NCBI RefSeq assembly: GCF_020745735.1
Contig: NC_083439.1
Span: 13,158,596 to 13,222,595, forward strand
Origin: Hemiscyllium ocellatum
Taxonomy: Eukaryota
DNA length: 64,000 bases
Direction of reading: 5' to 3'
In this document: positions 49,403 through 63,065 of the stretch, one piece after another
Layout: every line of letters begins with the position of its first letter
Position numbering within the stretch: position 1 is the stretch's first letter
Notes under the pieces: generated by a model
The model's input: only the letters and a program-made list of their open reading frames with translations
What the model was told of the DNA's origin: nothing
Database searches by the model: none
Made by a program: the position numbers and the translations under genes

Positions 49403-50159
49403 GGGAAGCTGGCTGTGTTTTCTTTAGAATAGAGAGGTTAAAGAAAGATTTAAAAGGAAGTTATAAATCATGATAAAGCAAAGTAGAACCAACTGCTTCT
49501 AGTGGCAGATGGGTTGGATTTAAATATATTGACACAAGAATCAAAGACAATAAGGCTTTTTCTTTAAACACAGAAAGCTGTGGTGATCTGGAAAGCACTG
49601 CCTGAAAGAATGATGAAAGCAGGTTTCATAGTATCATTTAACTGGGTGACATATGTAGGTAAACAGTGACGGGAATTTAGAGAAAGAACAGGAGTGCAGC
49701 TAGGTAGTTAGACTTACTAAAGAGCCTGTAGATGCACAATGGACTTCCTGCTGCATTCTATCATTCTATGATTCTCTGTAATTTCATTTATTTACAGAAG
49801 ATGGTTAGATAGAAAACTGGTTAAAACTCACTTGGATGCCTGCCCCATATTAGCACCTCAAAAACGAGAATAACTTACTTACCCCTCTCCTCAACTTGCT
49901 TCTCTCTGAAGCTGTTGATGATTCCAGGTTATACTATGAACACCAAATCCCTTCCATTACCCCATTATATACATGAGTCTAGAGAGTTTGGCTTTCTGAC
50001 AGCTGGCGGGGTGGGGTAGGGTAGGGAGACCAGCATTATGACAGAGTCTGGTTCTTCTTTCATTCAACATTCATGCACAATTGCTTCCTAGGAGCAGATA
50101 TTGATGACAGCTCAAAACCCTGGCTGATTGGACAAAGGAAGAAAGGAAACAAAGCCAAA

Positions 50160-50500
50160 TCATGAGGAACATAGGTAAGGTGAGAGCAAAGGTCTTTTCC
50201 CCAGGGTAGGGGAAATCAAAACTACAGGGCAAATTTTCAACTGAGAGGCGAAAGATTCAAAAAGGGGGCAACTTTTTTTCAGACAGAGGGTGGTTTGCAT
50301 GTGGAATGGAATGCCAGAGGAAGTAATAGATGGAGGTACAGTTACAACATTTAAAATACATTTTGAAAGGTGCATGAATACAAAATGTTTAGAGGGATAT
50401 GGGCTAAATGCATGCAAGTGGACTTGCTTAGTTTGGGAAACTTGGTCAGCATGGACAAGTTGGACTGAAGGGTCTGCTTCCGTGCTGTACGACTCTATAA
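50160..50500 (+). mobile_element. CR1/HER1 3' fragment
   Basis: WNGMPEEV motif and gactctat tail. Confidence 0.75.
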
Positions 50501-50893
50501 TAACTGCCATTTGCTGAATACACACAGGATTGGAATCTGTGGTCCTTTGAACTCTTTAGCTCTGCAGCGCAGTGTACCTGCTGAGAAATGAGACACACAC
50601 CTGCTAAAACACAAACCTTTACACAGCGAGGCGCTGCAAAGTGGAATACACTGCCTAAAAGGTTAGTGGAAACATGTTCAGGAGTCGTGTTCTTTCCAAA
50701 GGGAAGTGGGCAATTATTTGAATATTTATGCTTTTAAAAATAATTATTAACAATAAAGAGGCTTGTATCTGCAATGTACAGCAGTTTTAAACACTGGCTG
50801 AAATGTTTATGAAATTTGAATCTTATGGAACTAATCTACACACTCAGCAGAACAGGTAAGTGTTTAAATACTAATATGCTATCACTTAAATGT

Positions 50894-51018
50894 AAAAAAT
50901 GAGGTCTGCAGATGCTGGAGATCACAGCTGAAAATGTGTTGCTGGTTAAAGCACAGCAGGTTAGGCAGCATCCAAGGAATAGGAAATTCGACGTTTCTGG
51001 CATAAGCCCTTCATCAGG
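50894..51018 (-). mobile_element. Solo Penelope pLTR with near-intact hammerhead, in a KIF7 intron and in KIF7 sense orientation
   Basis: CTGATGA-A-GGGC-TTAT-GCCA-GAAA-CGTC/GAAT at 50986-51020; possible 6-bp TSD aaatgt. Confidence 0.85.
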
Positions 51019-51679
51019 AAATGTTTCCAGAAAACATACACCAGTCTTCAATGGCTCAAATGACAAAGGCATCACCCAAAATGCCATTGCTCTGTATACA
51101 TTCAGTGTGGCCATAGGAGTGGCTCCAAATGGCAGCAGTCTCCTGTAGAATCCAATATAAATATCACCTTCAGAGGGCACCATGGTAACCAATCAGACAT
51201 TTAATGACAGGAGATCACTTCTGCAGTGATCTTATTCTGTCATCAGTCCACCGGACCCACTGGAATTTTTGGACTTGTTGTAAAACAATAATTAAATATC
51301 AGCTTTTAAAGAGATCTCCCACGATGTTGTTCATAGAGAGACTGCTTTAGAATTGAAGTTATGAACTAAGTGTGTAGGGTAAGCAGTGCAAGTAACAAAC
51401 CTTTTATTTATAGTAAATGATTACTACTACAAACATATTGCACATGAACATATAATTCACTGATTTTCCTCTGTAACACTGGAATATCAATCCCACTGCA
51501 TGATAAATAAACTAGAAATGGTCCTGCATTAGCTAACTCATGAATAATAAGGGTGTTGTGTATTCAACTGTGCTTGCAGCTAGTTAATGAGGTGAAACAT
51601 TATTCTAACATATGACTGATTCGGTATGATTTTACAATATGCTGCTGGATCAACTGGCTTCTCTCCCAACAAGCCCTAC

Positions 51680-51895
51680 CTCTGCAGACAGCAGGTTTCC
51701 CATCCGGAGTTTCTCATCGAGTTCAGTGCGCTGTTTCATCATCTGATCCTTCTCATGCCGTAGGTTGGAAATCTCTTCCCGGATTTCCTGTTGGTCACAG
51801 GCACTGCCATTACGCAACTGCCCATTCTTCTCAGACAGCTCCTTCTCCAGAGATTCAATGCGGCTCGACACTCTCACAATGTCATTACTCAGCGC
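51680..51895 (-). CDS. KIF7: KIF7 coding exon (216 bp)
   Basis: [35 protein letters not shown]. Confidence 0.95.
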
Positions 51896-52576
51896 CTAAA
51901 GAAAGAATAATAGTAAAGAAAACTAACCAACACTCCAAGGTCTTGAAATAAATTGAAAGAAAGTGAGAATACTTTTTCTACAATCTGCTCATGTTAACAG
52001 TGAAAGGTAATGTTGGACAGGCCACAAGCTTCCAGGTTTGGTCTCTGGTCTGTGTTTGGAAAGCTGATCTCATATGGATGATGATTACAGTGTCATAATG
52101 GGTTGAAAAATGGCGAGTCAGCCAGTATTCCCACTACTGATCAGTTTGCACCCAACTCTGCTGTTAAGTGAATGCTGAGCACAAGGTTCAGCAGGCTCAG
52201 AGTTTAATGGCCCATTGAAATTTATTCTCTATGCTTACATATACAATACTGTATATATGAGGTCAGAAACTGCTGCTGACAATAGTAGAATGGTATATTC
52301 AGTCAGTTGCTTTAGGAGAGGATGGGAGAAAAATTGCAGAAAATCAACTTGAACAAGTTCTCTCTGCACTTGAAATGTAGTCCAGTACTCTCTAATCTGA
52401 TTGGCCTTCAAATTTAACTCTTAAGTAAATAGGATCCCCATTTTTTTCCTTTTATAAGGTGGTCTTGACTCCAATGTTCCTTCATCCTACTGAAAAGTGT
52501 TCACTTAGGCTCTAATCTGATGCAATGTTGGAGTTGCTACCTCTCAATCACTCATTCTATAGAAGGAATTTCTCAC

Positions 52577-52753
52577 CTGACTGGACCGCAGCCTCTTGCT
52601 CTCCAGCCCATTCTTCTCCTGCAGCAAGGCCTCCTTCTTTTCTACAATGATCTCGCGTTTGTTCAGCTCCTCTTCCAGGTCATCCAGAGCCTTCCGTTGT
52701 TCAAGAACCTTCTCAATCTCAGTGTCTAACCACCTCTTCTGCTCTTCAATTTT
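52577..52753 (-). CDS. KIF7: KIF7 coding exon (177 bp)
   Basis: [28 protein letters not shown]. Confidence 0.95.
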
Positions 52754-53752
52754 CTACAAGAAAAGTTGATCATCACTACACGTGTCACAGCAAAGGGCTC
52801 AGAAAGGAGCTTTTCCCACTTAAAATAATCATGGGTCATTAAAGTCTGTGTGTGTTTTCACGCACTCTCACATTCATCAGTCGTCAAGCACAATGCACTT
52901 TCAGCTTCTGATGTGAGCAGCCGCATGTTGGCAGAGATCACTGTCTATCACAAACATGGCTCTTCCCACAGCCTGCCAAATCACAAGGGGCTGCAATAGG
53001 AGGCTAGAATATCCTTAGCTTTACATTTAATTTGAAGGTGCTCCTGGTATTCCACCACAGTTGCCAAGCTTTTGATGATCTACCCTTATGTTGTGTTTTG
53101 TAAGCTGGTGTCAAAATGCTTTATCAATTATGTTCTCATTAAGTGTCATGGGACATTTTGTTACACCAGATACTATATAAATGCAAGATGGTGTTGTTGT
53201 TACACAGGTAGGGAGTTTCCTCACTATGGCCTGGTTCTGCTGGATAGCTGGGAGAAGGCACATCAATCTCTCCTAACAGCTGTGGAGCCCACCTGGTGGT
53301 CCAGCACTTAGTTCTTATTGCTGTGGTTGTGGATGAAATTCTGCCACCTTTGTGACTGGCATGACAGGGGAAGTAGAACACTAGCAAAAAGGTCCTATTA
53401 GAACAAAGTAGCGTGGCCTTTACCCCCACCACCCCTCGATCTTTGGCAGCTACAAAACAAATGCCCCGTCCATGTTCCTCACTCACTTAAAGCAGATGCT
53501 CGAGACATTTCCATCAAGGTATGTGTGTCCACTAGTGTTATACAAAAGAGGGAATGTCACTCAATCATGGATACACCACAAGATTCAAGCTGGTGTCAAT
53601 TCCCATCCAATCTTCAAGGCTGTGATGTGCTTATAGGTACGCAAATCATTCAACTGTACTTGCTCTTAATGGGGCTCAAGCAGTCCTTCATTGACTTATC
53701 CAATTGCCATTTGTAACGTCTAATCATAAAATGTAAAGATAAGTACAATTTT

Positions 53753-54063
53753 TTAGATTAGATTACATTCCCTACAGTGTGGAAACAGGCCCTTTGGGCC
53801 AACAAGTCCGCACCTACCCTCTAAAGGGTAACACACCCAGACTCATTCCCCTACATTTACTCCAGACTAATGTACCTAACAATGTGGGCAATTTAGCATA
53901 GCCTATTCACTTAACCTGCACATCTTTGGATTGTGGGAGAAAACCCACGCAGACACAGGGAGAATGTGCAAACTCCACACAGACAGTTGCCCAAGGCAGG
54001 AATCGAACCCGGGTCCCTGGCGCTGTGAGGCAGCTGTGCTAGCTACTGTGCCACCGTACCACC
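53753..54063 (-). mobile_element. HE1-type V-SINE
   Basis: Head, partly deleted V-domain, tail. Confidence 0.87.
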
Positions 54064-54674
54064 TTTTGTTTCTGACTTAGTCTTCACCCAATGTCTGCAC
54101 ACATGCATTTTCCAACAAACATCAGAAATCAAAATCCTGGCCTTTACATAGAGGTGTCAATTGGAGTACACATTGCTCTGCAGAGAAAGGAAAGAGAATC
54201 TGTGACTATCCTGGAACTTGTGACTCAAATCAACGGAAGGAAGTGCATTCCCTGAATTGTTAAGTTCTACTGAGCATAACAAATAGGTAACATCTTGACC
54301 AGCTGTTGAATTTTAATTTTTCAGTCCGTTCACTGGTAACTTCCTTAGTTGCTTGTGTGCAAAATTAGTAATAGTCGTAGAGTTACTGTCATAATATGTC
54401 AGATCTCAGTAAAACATACAAACAAAATAAAAATCCACCCTACTCACTATTGTAGATGTACAAAAAATATAGTATGGTTAAGCTTTTAAAAACAACACTT
54501 AGCTGTTCCATGCTGTGAGGAGCTCCCCATACTGAGGTTTCTCTGAGCTCAGCTGTGAATTTCACTGTTTGTTTATTTTTCTTAGACTGAAATCCAATGT
54601 CCAGAGATGCTTGTAACTACATACCATAGGCAGTCAGCTGTGCAAGTTCACTGCCTGGTCAGTCAACTAAAAGA

Positions 54675-55163
54675 ATGATGTTGTGAAACTTGAAAGGGTT
54701 CAGAAAAGATTTACAAGGGTGTTACCAGGGTTGGAGGATTTGAGCTATCAGGACAGTCTGAAAAGGCAGAAGCAGTTTTCCTTTGACCGTGAGAAGTTGA
54801 GGGTGACCTTATAGAGGTCATAAGGGGCATGGATAGGGTGAATAGTCAAGGTCTTTGCCACAGGGTAAGAGTGTCCAAAACTAGAGGGCATAGGTTTACA
54901 GTGAGAGGGGAAAGATTTAAAGGGGAACTGTAGGGGGTGGTGCATCTATGAAATGAGCTGGCAGAGGAAGTGGTGGAGGCTGGTACAATTGCAACATTTA
55001 AAAGGCATCTGGATGGGTATATGAATAGGAAGGGTTTAGAGGAAGATGGACCAAATGCTGGAATAGGACTAGATTAATTCAGGATATCTGGTCAGCATGG
55101 ACCAGATATCCTGAATTTGACTGAAGGGTCTCTTTCTGTACTATAGATCTCTGTGACTCTATG
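54675..55163 (+). mobile_element. CR1/HER1 3' fragment
   Basis: Same ORF2 end and tail as the other copies. Confidence 0.85.
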
Positions 55164-55405
55164 TCAAAAACAAAGGTGAGAGGAAAGTAATTGTCAAATA
55201 TTAAAACAACCCTTTAATTAGCAGTAAAATATACATTCATGGAAGTTCATAAATTGGCACAGGAGGTATTTGGCCCATATTGGACAGAACTAAGAAACAA
55301 ATAATCTAATCATTTGAAAATAGAATTTTGTTGATGAAATTGAACTGCTCCAATCAATGTTCAGATGCTAACCACCGAGTTGCTCCAGGCACGTTATCAC
55401 ATTAC

Positions 55406-55531
55406 CTGCTGCTCTTCGAGGCTGACTACAGACCCATTGCTGCCACTTCTCCTCTTTCTTTGGAAAGCTGCAATCTCTTCGGTTTTAATCTTGAGAATTT
55501 GTTGCTGCTGCTTATGCTTTATTTCAAGCTC
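55406..55531 (-). CDS. KIF7: KIF7 coding exon (126 bp)
   Basis: [42 protein letters not shown]. Confidence 0.95.
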
Positions 55532-56575
55532 CTGCATACAGAAGGAGGGAAAATGAGCTCATCATTACACTTGGGGGCATCCACAATTTACTACGTATTC
55601 ACATATCCTATCTCTAGTCATTACATATACATTAAACTGGATGAGCTAAATATCTCAGGATTACACATTTCATCTCATCTGACATTGAGCCTGACTCTGA
55701 AGTTCAACCAGTGAGAATGTGTTTTCAGGTTCTTGGCTGTTAGTTGAGTTTTGCAATTCATTGTCACCTGTTTCTATTAAGGAATGTTGTGATCCTGAAA
55801 TCTACCGGACTAGCAAACACTGTTGACAAAATAGCTGCTGTGCACTTTTAGAGTGTGAGGAAAATCCCACCCAAATTAGCATCAATGTTCTGCAGGCTTT
55901 TGACTAGGATCCCCAATTTCTTGTGTATGCAATGCTGACAGGAAGGTAGGGAGTTATTAGCAATTCATCAACACCAAATATTCAGGTGCAATGAAATGTA
56001 GTTGTCACATGCAGTCCTCAGCTTTTGTTCAATGGGGTGCTTTTTATCCAGCATTCATAGTGGCAGGGAAACTCCTCTCTCCTTTAAGCAGATGTAAAAT
56101 GTAGGCATCCATTTGCAGAGATAGTGCAGTTTCTCTGCCCCTAAGGACGCTGGATAAAAAACACTCTACTCATAAAAGTATTTTATTATGTGCTGCACCT
56201 TGTGTTTACTCGCCTGTCTTAATCCTGATATTGTAACTCAGTACCAGAAATATTGAACTGAACAGAAAAGAACCAAAAAAAAATACACACCGTGCCCAAG
56301 TATTTATTTTGAACTACCAATTTAGTCGATCATTAAATTGTAAACTGACTTGATGTATTAAAGATTGGTGAAAATAACTGCGACTTCAAGGTGCAGTTTG
56401 TATCTCTTACAATGGAAGTTAATTACAATTGCCAGGAAGTGTTTTTTTGAATAGCTGCCTCTTTGAGTTGGTTTCACTGTTCATTGGGTTTAATGTTTCA
56501 CTGAAGAAAAATGCTAAATTCTAAAATGTAAAACATACTTCAGTCTGTGCAATCACAACTTGTAGCAAACAGTAC

Positions 56576-56773
56576 CTTCACTCGATGTTTTCCTTTCTGC
56601 ATTTCTGTCTCAAGTCGTCTTTTCTGATCCATTTCCTCTTTCAGCTTTTTCTGCAACAGTGCTTGTTGCTGCTTCATCAGCTGTACATTTCTCTCCATCT
56701 CATGGATTCGCCGCTCACTCTGCGATGACAGTGAAACCAGTTGCTCTGTATCCCGCTTCTTTTGCCTGAGTAC
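56576..56773 (-). CDS. KIF7: KIF7 coding exon (198 bp)
   Basis: [41 protein letters not shown]. Confidence 0.95.
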
Positions 56774-58060
56774 CTGGAAATGAAATGCATGTCAAGATTA
56801 GCAGCAGCTGAAATCTAGATTTACGATATATAAAAACACAGCAGTTTCTAGTAAGTACAGATGGGAGAATCCATTACACGATATTCACAGGACAGAAATA
56901 GGTCATTCAATCAATGGGACTGTGCTAGTATTAAAGCTCCATGTAAGCTCCCTTCCATCCTTTTCATTTAATCCATCAATATCATCCTCCTATCCCTTTC
57001 ACCCTCATCTAGCTCCCCCTTAAACACATCAAAGCTGTTTAACTCAACTATCTTTATTGTAGCATGTTCCACACTGTAATCACTCTCCAACTATAGAACT
57101 TTCTCTACAGTTCCATACTGAATATATTTATGACTATCATATGCGTTTTTTTAGTTCTGATCTTACAAGTATAAAATCTTTTCCATATTTAACCCATCAA
57201 AACATTTCAGTCTTAATTACCTTTAACAACTTTTAATCTTGAATGGGTATATGAATAGGAGGGGTTTGGAGGGATAGGGGCCGGGTACTGGCAGGTAGGA
57301 CTAGATTGGTTTGGGATATCTGGTGGCATGGACGGATTGCACCAAGGGTCTGTTTCAATGCTGCACAAGTCTATGACTCTATAAATGAGCCTCAACCTGT
57401 TCAACTTTTGATAGTTATTTTCATATCATGTTAGCAAACTGAATCTTTCACCGTCTGCGCCGCTCCATCCTTCCCATAATAAAGAGATCAGAACTGTTCA
57501 ATGTTACAAGAATAGTCCTATCAAGATTCTACGTAAGTTAAACATAAATTCTTCGATTGAAAAAATAGCTGTACAATAATATTTTGCTTGCAATTGTAAG
57601 TGCAAAATCAAATTGCACACAGATTCTCATTCTGCAAGAGCAGCTATATCTCCTTCTCCCTCTTTTGGTGTCATTTTTCTACAGGTACAAACAACCTTTG
57701 TGCCCCACCTTGTACGAGTATAATGTGTTCCCATTATACAACTGCTGCATATGTGACTTTCCACTCAATCTAGGAATTCCATACTCAATAACCCAACGTA
57801 TCTGTCTGTCAAATCAAACTTGCGCCAGCACATTTAAATGAGTCAAACATGGGAATTTTACAACTAAGAATGAATAATAAAAATGACAACCTGGGTTTTT
57901 CAGGAGTATAGAATTAGATGGGGCACAAAAAATAACTAAAAGGCAACCCATGTACTAGATTGCTATTCAAAGATATACTGCTGAAGAGAGACACGGTGCC
58001 AAAGCTTTTTGGTTTGCTCCCATAGGACAAGTGCAAGAACACCAAATTTCAGATAATCAG

Positions 58061-58347
58061 TGGGCGGCACGGTGGCACAGTGGTTAGCACTGCTGCCTCA
58101 CAGCACCCGAGTCCCAGGTTCGATTCCAGCCTCAGGTGACTGTCTGTGTGGAGTTTGCACATTCTCCCTGCGTCTGCGTGGGTTTCCTCTGGGTGCTCCG
58201 GTTTACTTCCACAGTCCAAAGATGTGCAGGTCAGGTGAATTGGCCATGCTAAATTGCCCGTAGTGTTAGAGAGGGCAATTACTCTTCGGAGGGTCAATGT
58301 GGATTTGTTGGGCCGAAGGGCCTGTTTCTACACTGTAGGGAATCTAA
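58061..58347 (+). mobile_element. HE1-type V-SINE
   Basis: gggcggcacggtggcacagtggttagc head, V-domain, tail. Confidence 0.88.
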
Positions 58348-58972
58348 ACTGATCTCTAAAGTTGCAAGTTACAGTACATGGTATCAGCTGACAAGTGGAT
58401 TCTGATTGGCCAAGGTCTTGCTACACTAATTACCAATTTAAGGTAAGCGGTTGACCTAATCGTATGCCTTACTTCTATTTGCCAGAAGTGACATATATTC
58501 ATATAAGGGGACAAGTTCACAGCAAACGAAAGGAATACTTTCAAAACTTGCACTTTTATGAATTATCTGGGAGCCTGGGGAGCTTAAAGTCCTTTATGCT
58601 TTGTCTATGACAATGGCTCATCAATCCATCAGTATCACTTTTGTTTGGAATACATTGTAACTGTTTGAAATGTAACATTCTAGCACGAGTGCTGCACTGA
58701 AAGCTTCACCAACATACCCCCCTCCTCTCAGCAACACTGAAGTCTTGTACCACAAAGCAACTGTTTACAAAGATATATACCAGATTGGGACCCTGAAATA
58801 AATATTTTGAACCTGGCACATGTTGTGCCCTTTTGTTTTAAATAGTGGCCCAATAACACAGCATATTTTTCACCGTGGTCCATCAGAATTGGTACTTCCA
58901 GATTTTTACTCTTTCACTGTTTAGTTTAGCCATTTCATCAGAAGGTATTCGCAGCCACATCACCTCACATAC

Positions 58973-59175
58973 CTGCACTTTACTTTGTGCTGCAACAATT
59001 TTTTTGTGATACTCCTGAAGTTTGGCCCTTTCCACGGGGTCCCTGGGTTCTTTCTCCTCAAAGTCCTGGAGCTGTTTCTGAGCCTCTGTCAGCTCCGCCC
59101 TTGCCTGCTCCGCCTCCTGCTCCAACTCTTGAATCTTCTGGAAGTACTGTTTATTCATCGCTTGGGCATCTTTCC
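58973..59175 (-). CDS. KIF7: KIF7 coding exon (203 bp)
   Basis: GKDAQAMNKQYFQKIQELEQEAEQARAEL..AAQSKVQ. Confidence 0.95.
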
Positions 59176-59296
59176 CTAGCCATTCAAACATAAGCTAGTT
59201 TAGCTAAAGAGATATGGAGTGACTAACAGAAAACAAAAGGTCAGAACCTGTATATCCTGTCACAGTTTTATTTTCTCACTCACTCAAGGAACATAA

Positions 59297-59617
59297 GTGG
59301 CATGGACGTTCAGTGGTTAGCACTGCAGCCTCACAGCACCAGAGACCTGAGTTCAATTCTAGCCTCAGGCGACTGTAAGTATGGAGTTTGCACATCCTCC
59401 CTGTGTCTGTGTGGGTTTCCTCTGGGTGGTCCAGTTTCCTCCCACAGTCCAAAGGCTAGGTGCATTGGCCATGCTAAATTGTCCATAGTGACCAGGGATG
59501 TGTAGGCTAGGTGGATTAGCCATGGGAAATGCAGGTTTAAGGGATGGGGTGGGTTTGAGTGGAATGCTCTCTGCAGAGTTGGTGTGGACATGATGGGTCG
59601 AATGGCCTGTATAGGGA
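59297..59617 (+). mobile_element. Older HE1-type V-SINE
   Basis: Degenerate head and V-domain. Confidence 0.8.
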
Positions 59618-60707
59618 TTTTAACTTGGTCCAATTGCAAAAGGTAATTTGAGGCTCTTTTTAATTGAAATGGCAGCATTAAAGCTGCAAAAGGCAATTTC
59701 ACCTAACAAATGCAATCTGTTATTGTGAAATAATCAAATAGAATTTGCAGTTTACACATAAAAATGGCAACATGAAAATTCAAATGTGTTTTTACATGAT
59801 TATGTTAATTCACTGTCAGATTGTAAACTTGCTTTTGTGACTGCACAATGTTTCTGTTAAAATGTGGACACAGGTGTTCACACTGGAAAACATTCAACAC
59901 AAAAAAATGTGACTGAAAAACTGCACAAGTACATTATTTGGTGCAAATAGAAGGTTCAAACATATATATTTAAATATATTACAGATATAGATATGCTTGT
60001 TTATTATAGAGTCGAATGTGTCATAACACTTCTGCACTCAACTGTCTTTTCCGTGTAATGCTATTTCAACTTTCAAAAACATGAATTGAATTTTGATGCT
60101 GATGAAATACCTCACCAAATGAAAACACTATTCTGCCAAAGTCGGCACCCTGAAATTAAAAGAAAAATTATTGGAGAAACTTAGCAGGTTTGGCAGCATC
60201 TGTGCAGAGGAAGCAGAATTCACATTTCGAGTCTGGTATGATGCTTGTTTACAACGCTCAGTTCCGTTCTGAACTTCAGTGCATGCGTGGACTCCTGGAA
60301 TGGCTGTGGAGGGTCAGCTCAGCAATAGTTGAGCGGGGACTCCTGGATGCAGTAAGCCCAGGGCGGGGACACTTTCAACATTGGTGAGACATTGATTGCT
60401 GCAGTATTGGTGCCCAAAGCTGGGACTTCTGGCTCTTGGCTTTGAACGTGGACCTTACCGAAGTCCTGGAACTGTGTTGGCACCGAGAAGCGAAGGGAAC
60501 ACTTTTCACCGTTTATGCGAAAATAAATCATTCATTCATTGGTCTTGAAACATTAACTGTTTCTCTGCCAACAGACACTGCCAAAATTGCTGAGTTTCTC
60601 CAGCATTTTCTTCTTTCGTTTTGAATCACTTCACACCAGTAGTTTTGACAGTTAGAAACAGTCTCTGAGCCAGCATTTAATGATTTTTCAAAATTAACCC
60701 CTTCTAC

Positions 60708-60899
60708 CTGTTTTGATGAGTTCTTTGATCAATTCTTCCTTCATGCGGATATTGATGGCCAGTTCCCGCATCTTGTGCTGTGCTTGGACGAGTCTCCACT
60801 CAGAGTTGTTCATCTTGGGATGGTACACAGGGGAAACTTCCTTGAATTCAGAGAATGGCAGTGAGTGGGCCCCATCCTGGTCACACCTCCTGTGGGGAG
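60708..60899 (-). CDS. KIF7: KIF7 coding exon (192 bp)
   Basis: ..[32 protein letters not shown]; acceptor ttcttcAG at 60901-60900, phase 1-1. Confidence 0.9.
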
Positions 60900-62116
60900 C
60901 TGAAGAACATTAATATGGTCAGCCGTCAGGTTCTTTAATCTCAGTCTACCAAAAAAAGGGAAGCAAAACAGCTAACAGCAGTCATACATTAAGGACCGAC
61001 ATATAAGAGGTAAGTTTATAAACGTTATAATTCCAAGTAAAATCTATTTGCTCCTGTTAGAATTTGTGCTTCAAGAAAGAATCTGAAATTATTTGCATTT
61101 TTTTGGGAGGACAACCCCAGATTGTGCTGGGGCATTCCTGATTTAGTTACTGTTGTGACGTATAGAATCAGGCTCGTGGGACCTGACAGTTGCACCACAG
61201 TGAGATTGCCAGAGAAGCCCAAGTGCTCTTGATCCCATTACTTATAGTCATAGAGATATACAGCACGGAAACAGATTGCAGCTTTCACAGTTAGAAACAG
61301 GTTAATTTGGACAATGGCTCACTCGAACATGGGTCCAATTCTGTAGTCTATCACTTGCTTCCCCAGCTAACATTGTACAGAGGCAACTAATTCTATGGAG
61401 AATCTCTATAGAGAAGGCAAGATTAAAGTGATTGATGATATAGGTTACATTCAACACTCTGTAACAACCAGCCTAAATTCAGGATCAGTGTTTGAGATCA
61501 TGTGTAAATGCAGATTACAGAATGACCTCGTAGATAAGTGGAAAAAAATAAACTAAAGGAGGAACATAGCTTTCATAAAAGGTGCATGCAGACATCATGG
61601 ATGACATGCTCTGCTAGTTTCAATGCAGAATTCCAGGCACCACTACACTGTAGAGTCACCACGTAAGGGTAAGTGTGAGATAACGAAGGCAAATTAGAGA
61701 AACCTCTTCATGGTGACTGGGGAATTTAATGATAAGCAGAAGAGAGCCAGGGTCTGTACAAATAATAAGCAAAGGAGTGTTCATAGTCAGATAAGTCAAG
61801 TGTGAAATAAGTGCTTCAACAAGAAAAAACACAGACGATAGCTGAACAAAGTTTGACATGAGTAAGCCCATACCAGATGAAGGTCTTTGAGACATGGCCC
61901 AGTCAAGGATAAAAGATGGAAACCTATGTTTAATTATCAATCTAACTTAGTTATAATACATCCATAAGCCTTCTTAGTTATCGTCCATCATTTTACCTGA
62001 AGCACGAACAGCTTCAGGATATACCTGAGAACAATTAGGAGCAAGAGCCTTGGATTGAACAGACTGATCACTAATATACAGCCAGCATAACAGTCAGTTC
62101 ATGAGAAGCTGCATAC

Positions 62117-62244
62117 ATTTCGTTACTTCACTTTGCAGACTGCTTGAATCACTGTCTTGGAGCTGATTAAGGTTGTTTCTGCTTTTCACTGTGCTAATCA
62201 TTCCAGGCATATCTCTTTTTGTCCAGGTCCGATTGATCTGATAT
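62117..62244 (-). CDS. KIF7: KIF7 coding exon (128 bp)
   Basis: YQINRTWTKRDMPG..; AG/GT, phases (2-1) match both neighbours. Confidence 0.78.
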
Positions 62245-63065
62245 CTGTCAAGGGACAAGAGATTAATTTTCAGGGATGAAAACAATGCAAAATACTTTAA
62301 TGTTTTCAGAAGAATGTTACACAGGTCATTACAAAATTGTTGCGCACTGCCTGCCTGTTTAGTCTTGAGTACTGGTATTTATTTTTTTATATCAATTTTT
62401 TTAGCTAACTTCTAGCTTTTTCATGTTAAGCAAGTTTTCAATTGGAAGAACGAAAATGTAAACCGGAGGACAGGCTTGTTTTATTTTGGTTAAAGTATTC
62501 CAAAGATTTAATTGACAGATTAACAGTGTAAAACTATACCAAAATTAGGAAGCAGTAACTATGAAATGAAATCATTAAAACTGCAATAAAATAAAGAACT
62601 GTGGATGAAGGAGACCTAAACAAAAACAGGATTGCTGGAGAAATGGTTCTGGAGAAGAGTCACTAGACGTGGAACAGTTATCTCTGCACAGATGCTGCCA
62701 GCCTTGCTGAGTTTCTCCAAAAAACGTTTCTGATTTTGTTGCATTAACAGTGTAGTTACTTTTAAGAGACTAGGTAAAAATCAAATGGTATTTCGTAATG
62801 GATAAACAGCTAAGTATCAAGTACGAGGGCTGATCAAAAGGTATAAAGTGCAGATATTAGGACACATACCTTGGAATTCAAAGAACTGGCCAGGAAGCAC
62901 ACCAAGCCCAGAACCATAAGTGTATTGAATTTTCCAGCTAAATCTTGCAAGGTGTTGTCGTAAGAACATGATTAATAAATTGACGTGCATTCAAGGTTGT
63001 GAACCCGCACATTTTGTGGAAAAGGTTATAGGCAAGAACTCAGACATTAAATGAACGCCAGTTTT

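Noticed and set aside
58061-58135. tRNA genes at SINE heads
   Set aside because: The A/B boxes are followed by the V-domain and LINE tail, so these are tRNA-derived SINEs rather than tRNAs.
60900-60947. Stronger-looking KIF7 acceptor (ttttggtAG at 60947-60946)
   Set aside because: It introduces an in-frame TGA and the wrong phase; the acceptor at 60901-60900 fits.
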